Positions 24,087-34,319 of a DNA stretch of 34,319 bases are shown here, piece by piece. Made by a program: the position numbers and the translations under genes. The notes below the pieces were generated by a model. That model saw nothing but the letters and a program-made list of their open reading frames with translations. It did no database searches and had not been told where the DNA came from. Source of the DNA: Octopus bimaculoides (taxonomy: Eukaryota); the NCBI RefSeq assembly GCF_001194135.2, contig NC_068995.1, positions 42,617,369-42,651,687 of the forward strand. Reading direction: 5' to 3'. Position 1 is the first letter of the stretch; every line of letters begins with the position of its first letter.

Positions 24087-25313
24087 AGTCTGTCTGTCTG
24101 TCTGTCTGTCACGGAAATATATGCTTATCCATATATATGTGCGTGTATATATATACGTGTGTGTGTGTGCGTGTTTCACTATATGCATGGTTGTATGCGG
24201 TTATCTCCTTATTTCATTTATTTTTATTAATTTTTAAATTTAATCTCTTATTTTTTTACTCTTCCAATCATTCTCATTCTATCTTCATCTCTCTTTACAT
24301 AAAAGCTTTGTTTCGTCTTCTCACGTGTCTCNNNNNNNNNNNNNNNNNNNNNNNNNNNNNNNNNNNNNNNNNNNNNNNNNNNNNNNNNNNNNNNNNNNNN
24401 NNNNNNNNNNNNNNNNNNNNNNNNNNNNNNNNNNNNNNNNNNNNNNNNNNNNNNNNNNNNNNNNNNNNNNNNNNNNNNNNNNNNNNNNNNNNNNNNNNNN
24501 NNNNNNNNNNNNNNNNNNNNNNNNNNNNNNNNNNNNNNNNNNNNNNNNNNNNNNNNNNNNNNNNNNNNNNNNNNNNNNNNNNNNNNNNNNNNNNNNNNNN
24601 NNNNNNNNNNNNNNNNNNNNNNNNNNNNNNNNNNNNNNNNNNNNNNNNNNNNNNNNNNNNNNNNNNNNNNNNNNNNNNNNNNNNNNNNNNNNNNNNNNNN
24701 NNNNNNNNNNNNNNNNNNNNNNNNNNNNNNNNNNNNNNNNNNNNNNNNNNNNNNNNNNNNNNNNNNNNNNNNNNNNNNNNNNNNNNNNNNNNNNNNNNNN
24801 NNNNNNNNNNNNNNNNNNNNNNNNNNNNNNNNNNNNNNNNNNNNNNNNNNNNNNCACACACACTCTTTCTCTGTCGCTCTGCCACTCTCCCTCTCTCACT
24901 CTCTTCCTACGTTCCTGTCTGTCTGTCTGTCTCTTGCTATCCACATTTGAAATCAACCAGCCACACGTCACCCTGTCTCTCAAATACATCCAGCTGTTTA
25001 CGTCCATTTTCACCATTCTTGCCATCAACTTCCATTTCTGCAAAGCTCCACCTAAAACCCACACGACACTAGCATATATATACTTAAACACACACACACA
25101 CACACCCACACACGCAAGAACATATATATCCACACGTCTCTGTAACTTTCTCCCTCTCTCTTATCTATTCCAGCTCTCTCTTCTTTCCCTCCATCTATCC
25201 TCATTCCTTAATCTTTCCTATTCGCTCTTTCCAAATTCAAACCCCTTCAACCACCCACGATCCGCGCTGAAACCATGTACACATTACACACATATAAACA
25301 CACACACACACAC

Positions 25314-25359
<46 letters not shown>

Positions 25360-25801
25360 ACATATACAAACACACACACACACACACAAAGACACACACA
25401 AATACAATACACAGACAATACATACACATGCATTCGCAGCGCTAGCGAAAACCGAGAGCGTTTCCCGCCACTAAATAGCCAAGATGGCGTTAATGTGATT
25501 CTAATTGTGTTAGCACCGCCATTGTTGATTTTCATAAAATGGTGACGCTGTACACAGCGCGATAGGTGTTAGGTGTAATTACCAAACTGTGACTAAAAGG
25601 ACTCTATTGATGCCATCTTTACACCTTGCCTGTCCATGTCTGTCTGTCTGTATGTATGTCAGTCTGTCTGTGTGTCTGTATGTATGTCCGTCTGTCGAAC
25701 ACATTTTCTTGCTCACTATATATGTATTTCAATGCCTTCCTGTAAGTGTGTACATCTTTCTGCATAATCTTCTATTGATATGCTTACTTCTTTTCTTTCT
25801 T

Positions 25802-25878
<77 letters not shown>

Positions 25879-26119
25879 CTATATATCTATCTATCTATCT
25901 TGCTTTCTTTCTATATCTCTCCCAACTTTCACTCACTCTATCGCTCTGTGCATACATATATGCCACTGTGCGAATACACAACTATATTATATGTATTATA
26001 CACAATACATGTAATTATTTATATACAATATAAAACATTATATAGAATATATTTATATATATTCATATATATATAATATATAATATATATATATATAATA
26101 TATAATATATATATATATA

Positions 26120-26162
<43 letters not shown>

Positions 26163-26914
26163 AATATATATAGAGAGAGAGAGAAAGAGAGAGAGATTGA
26201 TAAATACATAAATACATACATACATACATACATTAATATATATTCATATCTGTCTATTTCTTTACTATATGTATATCATATGTGGGTGGGTGTAAGTATA
26301 CTTATATACGTATATATGTGTTCATGTATGTATGTATGTATGTATGTATGTATGTATGTATGTATGTATGTATGTATGTATGAATGTATGTGAGTATGTA
26401 TGTTATTGGTATATATGTATGCACCATGAAGAAGGCAACCTGTCTGATTTATAAGACTGTGCTTTTCAAGGTAGAATGTTGGTGGGGTGGAGCTGTTAAC
26501 GCTGAAACCGAAATGCGCGACAGTTATGGTTTAATAATATACAGGGAAAGGAGAGTCGTAGAGAAATATGGCCAAATGACTCTCTCCTACGGTCAGAGGT
26601 GATTTGATGTTGTTTAATCCAACTTCTTATATGTGGCCACGTAATCAGTATTTAATGGAACAATTGGGTTTCGATGATACAGATAAACTGACCTATGGTG
26701 TGAAAAGAATGATTGTTTGGCTGTTCGTTTTCAGGGAGAGTGGAGACTTACTGCACTCGAGACATGAGTGCGTAATTTATCAGAGTTCTGAGAGTGGACC
26801 ATTAATTTGTACATCTTCCCTCAACAGTCCTCCATTCTTTTAAACCTGTCCTTAACATGTATGTCTTACTAACAGGAATTCTCTATTCATTCATTTAATC
26901 CGGATCCTTATTTT

Positions 26915-27030
26915 TCCTATTTTAGGCACAAGGCCAAGAAAATTTGAAGGGATGGCGCTAGTTGATACCATCGAGTCCAATTCTTGACTGTTGCTATATT
27001 TCGTCGAAGCTGAAAGGATGAAAAGCAACA
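26915..27030 (-). mobile_element. Decayed 3' half of a type-1 SINE
   Basis: GGCACAAGGCC...CATCGAGTCC...GAAAGGATGAAAAGCAA aligns to the type-1 body on the minus strand. Confidence 0.6.
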
Positions 27031-27564
27031 TTTCAGAGAACCAAGGGGTAATATTCATCTCCATCTAAACGTCTCATATTGGCTTTTGGTGCAAAGCGCA
27101 TTCTTGCTTTTATCCCTAGCAGGAAGGTAATTCCTCGCTATCTCCAGCGCCGAGACCACCAGATCACGTGATTCGGACCTTCATTGGTCTTGTCAATGCT
27201 GGACGCCCGACAGCTTCAGTTAGTAGCGACTCATCTCTCCGCCAGCGATATACTGATATACAGGTGCTATTGTTACGATTAGCTCAGAAAACGGCTAAAA
27301 GTGGATTCACTACACAGTTAGACGTCTTATCGATATTTCAATGAACACTTAGAACATTAAGGAACTAAATATAAAATAAAATTATCTTCTCCGAATCTCT
27401 GTCGATTCCCTCCTCCAGATTTTGGTACCAATTCGTAAGTTTCAGGTGGAAAGCAATCTAGTTCGTAATCTATAAGCACTTTATTGACACCTTTATAGTA
27501 TATTACCCTCAAGTAATGGTTTTGACTAAATTCCCTAGGCCTACCCCGTGCGTTGAGGTACAGA

Positions 27565-27660
27565 TGTGTAGCTAGGTATAGGTTCAATGCGTCTACTTAC
27601 ATTCTGAGTTCAAATACCAGCGAGGTAATTTTTTCTTTTATCGAGTTATCGGGGATTTGA
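27565..27660 (+). mobile_element. Decayed type-1 SINE head
   Basis: TTACATTCTGAGTTCAAATACCAGCGAGGT matches TTACGTTCTGAGTTCAAATTCCACCGAGGT of the 9600-9838 copy. Confidence 0.55.
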
Positions 27661-28230
27661 AATTAGAACGAAATCGTATCTAAGGAAATGCTGGAAAAAA
27701 AAAAACTGTTATCGTGAGATAAATTATAAATCGGATTCCATTTGAAATATCTGGGGATATGCGAGTACTTTTGTGTGTGTGTTAGAGAAAATGCAAAAGA
27801 GAGAGTGGGAGAAGAGAGAGAGAAGGGGAGAGAGAGAGAGAGAGAGAGANNNNNNNNNNNNNNNNNNNNNNNNNNNNNNNNNNNNNNNNNNNNNNNNNNN
27901 NNNNNNNNNNNNNNNNNNNNNNNNNNNNNNNNNNNNNNNNNNNNNNNNNNNNNNNNNNNNNNNNNNNNNNNNNNNNNNNNNNNNNNNNNNNNNNNNNNNN
28001 NNNNNNNNNNNNNNNNNNNNNNNNNNNNNNNNNNNNNNNNNNNNNNNNNNNNNNNNNNNNNNNNNNNNNNNNNNNNNNNNNNNNNNNNNNNGTGTGTGTG
28101 TGAGTGAGTGTGTGTCTGTGTGTGTGAAAGATGAACAGAAATGTTGGTATATAGAGAGATTTTTGGTGAGATACATAGTTATATATATGCAGCATTAAAG
28201 ATTGACAGATCGATAGACAGATCGATAGAC

Positions 28231-28300
<70 letters not shown>

Positions 28301-29038
28301 AGAGAGAGAGAGAGTGGGAAAGAGGAGAAGAGAGGAAGAAGGAGAGAGGCTAAAAGAAAAACTGACAGACAATACAGGAGTGACAGAGAAGCAGGTGAAA
28401 ACAATCAGAGAATCATTTGAAAGATTAGACAAACGATGTGTGTGAGTGGAGATAGAAAGAGAGAGAAAGAGAGAGAGAGTGAAAGAGGGAGTGGTGGTGG
28501 TGGTGGTGGCGGTGACGGCGGTGGTGGTGAGAAGGCGAAAGCGGACACAACACACCGAGTGACAAACAAACGGACGAGATACAATCTGACAAGTACTAAA
28601 GAGAAAGAGATAGGATTTCCACGGTAACAAGATGGCCGTTATCAGCGATCTATGGAGGGTGGTTGGGAGACGATGTGAGGAAAAGGGGAGATCACTACGC
28701 GTCTGGATGGAACCCCTAAGGTTTAGGGACCACCAGGAAGCCCCTAAGACTACATCAGATGGCTTCTATCCACGTACTTCTGTCCGCTGTATGATGAAGT
28801 GCGTTTGGCTGTGTTTATGCATTGTGGCCGATTATCCTCGTATATATATTTCATGTGTGTATATGTGTGTGTGTGCTTCTATAAAGACATGTAGGTATAT
28901 ATTATATATGTACGAGATTTGTGTATGCACTTGAGGGTATATGGGTGCTTACACATTTAAACACATACGTTTGTATACCTGTATATCTATAACTCTATCA
29001 GCATATCAGCTGCGAACTATCTCACTACTCAGACGTGC

Positions 29039-29090
<52 letters not shown>

Positions 29091-29367
29091 TCTCATTCAC
29101 ACAGCCACAAACATATACATAATAACTATATATGTCTACAAACGTGTATACATCTGTGTATATACATGTGTACATGTATGTATGTATGTATGTATGTATG
29201 TATGTATGGCGTAGGTATTCATATGTTTGTATATATATGCATTTGTGTATACACCTATGTATATACATGCGTACATGTATGTATGTATGTATGTATGTAT
29301 GTATGCTTATATATATGTGTTTGTGTATACACGCACACATATATATTGTATATGTATGCATATGCTA

Positions 29368-29423
<56 letters not shown>

Positions 29424-29546
29424 CTGTTTGTATATAATTGAATGCTGATAAACCTGATTAGTACTTTTAACTAAGTTTCTTCCGGTTGACCTTAGTCAAG
29501 TGTACTCATCAATAAGATACGCACACACATTCGCACTCACGCACAC

Positions 29547-29846
29547 ATCACGTGACCGTGTGGTTGACCAGAATATCGGACGTAGTAATACATCGCTAGT
29601 CAGAATGCGCTTTGCATCGTTTTAGCATTCGAATGATGCCACCTCGTTGGCTAGTGAGCAGGCGAACATTTCCGACTGATCGAAAAATTAGTCCGTTGCA
29701 GGGTTACTCATTTAAGGCTCAGTAAGTTTGGAAAGACGTGAGATGATGTGTTTTGCTCACGTACACCAAGTGCAGCCGGTATAGGAAACGAGACCACGAT
29801 CTCACGCTCTTGAGTGTAACACACATAACCACTAGGCCATGCGCCT
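29547..29846 (-). mobile_element. tRNA-derived SINE, type 3
   Basis: Head AGGCGCATGGCCTAGTGGTT (A-box), B-box-like GGTCTCGTTTCC, CORE-like TGAGCAAAACAC and a distinct tail ending GGTCACGTGAT. Confidence 0.75.
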
Positions 29847-30243
29847 TCACATACACACACGCACACACACACACACACGCACACATATACACACAGACAC
29901 ACACACACATACACACACTCATACACATACACACACATACACGCACATACACACACATGCACAGAATGCATTTTTGGAGTCAGTTCCGGCCTGTAGCACC
30001 TCGGACATGTTTTTACTTTTCTTCCATAGCCCTAGGTCAAGAAATGCCTTGTGAGCGAATTTGCGGATATTTTGTGAAGTTGGGGTATATTTTGTGTTCA
30101 GAGTTCCCGCCCTTGTGTTTTCTTTACGGGTGGTGGTGGTGGTGGTGGTGGGGTTTCTGACTGGTTTTCTAGGAATCCATGAAGGCGTTTGCTTTGCAGT
30201 TTATGATATTTTATTTGAATTTGTTGCTATGATAGGAAAGTAC

Positions 30244-30358
30244 GTAGTCTAGTGATAGTGATCAGAGTACATAGTGATCACGACTGTAAAATACCGGTTT
30301 CAATTCTTGGCTCGGGTGGTATGTTGTATCTTTGAGCAAGTCACTTCATTTCATGCAA
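30244..30358 (+). mobile_element. Decayed type-3 SINE head with a CORE-like block
   Basis: GGTTTCAATTCTTGG followed by CTTTGAGCAAGTCACTTCATTTCA. Confidence 0.5.
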
Positions 30359-31001
30359 CAGAAACTTTCTCGGAAGAAAACGAGTATCCTCCTCCTCCTC
30401 CTCCTCCTCCCCCCTCACATTGGGTTTCATCGCCAATGACATCCAGTCGTTCTCACCTTGAAGCCCCTAATTTTTCCTCGTCCCCCAAAGCGGCTGCTCC
30501 ACTGTAAACTGTTCAGTTACGGGCCAATGAGGTATTTTAACTGCTACAAACAACAATTAAATTACCATCTTTTAAAGACAAAATACAAACAGGATACTTT
30601 TATGTACACGTGTGTGCGTGCATGCTTATTTTGGGCTTCTGTTTGTCCTTCTACAGATTGACAGCCGCTGTTGCTTTCCCGTCGAGTGTGAATATATTCT
30701 TCTTCTTGTGTGTCCTTCTCCAGCCAGGCTCACAGACTAACCTTAACCCGAATCTGAGTCTATAGGAGAGGACACTATCCCAAGATGGCTGCCTCGCATT
30801 GACGCTGAACCCGAAATTGCGTGTTTGCAAAGTAAACTTGTTAATCATACATTCTTTATTCGCTTTGTTTCTTTGTATTTTATATATTTGATAATTGGAA
30901 TCTTTATTTTGCACACAGCAAAATACAGCATCAAAAAAAAATTATATGTAGAAAATTAGTTTCAAACGTTCATTAATATTTTCTAAGTTCACATAATATC
31001 A

Positions 31002-31011
31002 GTGACGTCAC
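31002..31011. promoter_or_regulatory. Perfect CRE palindrome GTGACGTCAC (motif match only)
   Basis: Exact match to the CREB/ATF consensus TGACGTCA in unique sequence; function untested. Confidence 0.3.
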
Positions 31012-31476
31012 AGTTCTCGTATCAATCGCAGAAATCTCTTTTGTTTGATCAGCCCATCCATATTTTACTCTTTGTCACCGCTTGCTTATTATATATTATG
31101 TATCTACTCCGTCACGACGCTATTCTACAAAAACTCCGATGCATAAAACCCAGTCTTCCATGCGCTCACACATACACACATACGTATGTATGTATGGATG
31201 GAGGGTGTGGTATGTATGCATGCATGTATGTATGTATGTACAGGGGATGTTTCTATGTGGCTTGCTTGTTTGTTGCACCTTGTTTACCATTTTGTCCTTG
31301 TTCTTTTGCCACGTCATGTACCCAGTTATGTATCTATATGTACGTGCAGATGAACGTATATACATACATGTACATATATATGCATATACTCATATATTGT
31401 ATGTATGTATGTATGTATGTATGTACGTGTGTATGTATATATTAACACACGTGTATGTCCTGATTCGCAAAACCAA

Positions 31477-31513
<37 letters not shown>

Positions 31514-31941
31514 CACGCACGCGCTCGCGAGCCGCCGTTAAGCTCTGCTATTTGTCGTGACGCTATCAAAAATGTAACGATGCGTTCATTTCTCCAATGA
31601 CCCTTGCAGGGGTCGCTGGAGAAAGTTCACCGGGGAGAAATAAATGAACAGCCTCATAAAATTTCTGACCTTCGAACTCTTTCTGTCAACTCCCGCATGC
31701 TNNNNNNNNNNNNNNNNNNNNNNNNNNNNNNNNNNNNNNNNNNNNNNNNNNNNNNNNNNNNNNNNNNNNNNNNNNNNNNNNNNNNNNNNNNNNNNNNNNN
31801 NNNNNNNNNNNNNNNNNNNNNNNNNNNNNNNNNNNNNNNNNNNNNNNNNNNNNNNNNNNNNNNNNNNNNNNNNNNNNNNNNNNNNNNNNNNNNNNNNNNN
31901 NNNNNNNNNNNNNNNNNNNNNNNNNNNNNNNNNNNNNNNNN

Positions 31942-32200
31942 CTCCTCTTCCTTCTTCTTTTTCTCCTCCTCCTCCTCCTTCTTCTTCTTCGTCTTCTTCT
32001 TCTCCACTTCCTCCTCTTCCTTCTTCTTCTTCTTTTTCTCCTCCTCCTTCTCCTCCTCCTCCTCCTCCTTCTTCTTCTTCTTCTTCTCCTCCTCCCCTCC
32101 TCCTCTTTCTTTACCACAGCAATAATAGAGGTTGGCGCTACTACTACTACTACTACTGCCGCCACCACCACCACCACCTCCACTACCACCACTACTGTTA
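31942..32200. repeat. Compound (TTC)/(TCC), (CTA)n and (CCA)n microsatellites
   Basis: Read directly from sequence. Confidence 0.9.
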
Positions 32201-32564
32201 ATACTAACACTAGCACTTCTGCAGCTGCTCTTAATATTTATTCTGCTGTGCATATTTATTTACGAACCTCCGGATTCTTAGTTCATTTTTCGACCTTGTG
32301 AGCATTCGAGTTGAGACTAAGTTTATTCAACTTAGCACTAATTTTATATGTGTGTTTTTACTCACATTCTAAGAAGTGAATGTTAAAAATGATAACAAAT
32401 TTAAATAACATGTTTTGCCATGCAAATGTTCTGCTCTTATAGCGACACAGAAGAAATAAATTACACGATTCTTCTGTTCACGAAAGTCTTTTTCATTGTA
32501 ACATTCGTAACCGATCGGTATAAGTTGCATTTTATATCCCTTTCTTTTACACCAGCTTGTAATA

Positions 32565-32802
32565 ATGGAGCCACGCGTATAGAACATGCGTACATCGGAC
32601 GAAGATAGGGCAAGGCTGATTGACGCCTTCGGGGGGCATCGAACCGATTACCTGCAACTGGCAGACTCTTGACAGTAAACTGAGTACTACCCGATTCATA
32701 GTAGTGACATCCCTGCGGTCTAGGAGCGTCACATTTTTCCCAGAAGAGGTGCCTACCACTTCAGAGTTGATGAGGAAATGTGAGCCAGGCTTCAGATGAT
32801 CA
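32565..32802 (+). mobile_element. Tc1/IS630-like transposase N-terminal helix-turn-helix remnant
   Basis: MEPRV*NMRTSDEDRARLIDAF...DYLQLAD, a frameshift to LDSKLSTTRFIV, then PRRGAYHFRVDEEM*ARLQ (PRGG-like linker). It ends where the SINE sequence begins. Confidence 0.55.
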
Positions 32803-33158
32803 TCTGGTACTTAATTTATCGACCCGGAAACGAAGAAAGGAAAAGTCGACTTCGGCAGAATTTGTACTCAGAACATAGAGACAGTCGAAATACCACTAAG
32901 CATTTCGCCCGGCGCGCTAACGTTTCTTATTTCCTTATTGCCCACAAGGGACTAAACATAGAGGGGACAAACAAGGACAGAGAAGTGGATTAAGTCGATT
33001 ACATCGACCCTAGCGTGTAACTGGTACTTAATTTATCGACCCCGAAAGGATGAAAGGCAAAGTCGACCTCGGCAGAATTTGTACTCAGAACGTAAAGACA
33101 GCCGAAATACCGCTAAGCATTTCGCCCGGCGCGCTAACGTTTCTGCTAGTTGGCCGCC
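32801..33158 (-). mobile_element. Head-to-tail tandem pair of type-1 SINEs (partial copy 32801-32926, full copy 32923-33158)
   Basis: CTGGTACTTAATTTATCGACCC...CATTTCGCCCGGCGCGCTAACGTTTCT occurs twice. Confidence 0.92.
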
Positions 33159-34071
33159 TTTCAACCAAGGTAGAAATATTATTGAAGAACTTTACCTTTC
33201 ACTTCTTACACGTTTCACTTTTCACTGAATCAATAATTTAAAGCATCATTTCGATTCCAATGCTGACTTCATCGCCGTATCCAATCAAAATATCTGCTAT
33301 TGTACCAAAGTCAAAATACTTTGGTAGCAACCGCTAATTTTGCTGTTGTAGCTGGTGATGATGATGACGACGACGAGGACGAAGATGATGATGACGACGA
33401 TGAAGATAGAGGTAAATTGTCATTGAAGACTAAAGACATTGCCACAGACAGAGGTTGTGTGTGCCGGATGAAATACCTTTACAACCAATTATATTAATTC
33501 TCAGACAGAAACAGACACAGCCAAGCTCAGAACTAAATATCTCATTCCTCACCAACAATTTAATTCTGCTTCCTCTTTTAAATGTCTTTCGGCCAAAGAG
33601 CATCCTTTTGGAAGCCTAATCGATACGACAACGACGACGACGACGACGACCACCACCACCACCACCACCACCACCACCACCAAAAACACAATCACAAAAA
33701 TAACAATAGAAACGGACTTTACTTAATTAACGAAGTCCAGTCCGGGCCAGTCTAGTCAAGTAGCATTTAGTCCGGTCAATGTTTATGACTTTACAATACC
33801 GCCAAACACTAGGTTTTACGACGTCATATGCAACAAGTTGTTTGTGGCGACATTATAAGTCTAAAACACTTGTTAACAGGAAATTTTCAACGTTCTAATC
33901 AATAGCATAACGCTAGGCTGATTTCAAACAATTAACATCTCGTCAACCACACACTCACATACAATTGGCCATACTTTATCGCCATGGTGCTGTATATTGG
34001 GTTGGATAAATTTCATCACAATACGTTATGATAATCATAGCAGACAAAGAGTTTATTCAAAACTTAGCGTA

Positions 34072-34319
34072 TTTGTATGTATGTATGTATGTATGTATGT
34101 ATGTATGTAGGAAGGTAGGTAGGTAGGTAGGTAGGTAAGTAGGTAGGTAGATAGGTATGTGCTCGGGTAGGTAGAGAGATAAGTGTGAGCGTATTCTTGT
34201 GCATGTGTGTGATTATAATTCTGTGTCTGGGTATACAAGAGTGTATATATTTATGTCAAAGTGTGTATGTGTGTATGTGTGTGTATCTATCTATCTATCT
34301 ATCTATCTATATATATATA
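34072..34319. repeat. (TATG)n, (TAGG)n, (TG)n and (TATC)n microsatellites
   Basis: Read directly from sequence. Confidence 0.9.

Noticed and set aside
27040-27250. Possible Tx1 ORF2 C-terminal remnant (VIWWSR...TFLLG) or type-3 SINE tail remnant
   Set aside because: Two competing weak matches, neither of which can be supported by eye.
33303-33326. 9-bp hairpin TACCAAAGT/ACTTTGGTA, terminator-like
   Set aside because: The context is eukaryotic, and a stem of this length is expected by chance in 30 kb.

Overview
AT-rich, repeat-dense eukaryotic non-coding DNA from a draft assembly, with 16 N-gaps totalling about 4.1 kb, most of them flanked by microsatellites. The SINE families and the very high microsatellite density suggest an octopus or other coleoid cephalopod; this is inferred from recognising the repeats and was not checked against a database. 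No intact host protein-coding gene, rRNA, true tRNA gene or CRISPR array is supported, and almost all long ORFs are microsatellite or N-gap artefacts. The content is transposon debris: a Tx1/L1-type LINE fragment, an internally deleted CR1-group LINE that keeps its 3' end, mariner and Tc1-like transposase remnants, a Helitron-like non-autonomous end, and about 15 copies of three tRNA-derived SINE types. Short unique islands between the repeats carry recurring YY1-type motifs. The best observations are (1) a LINE 3' tail shared with a SINE family, where the terminal hairpin differs in sequence but keeps its pairing, (2) a 117-bp-arm foldback, and (3) repeated CAAGATGGC motifs in the unique islands. 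I found no convincing new multi-gene system.
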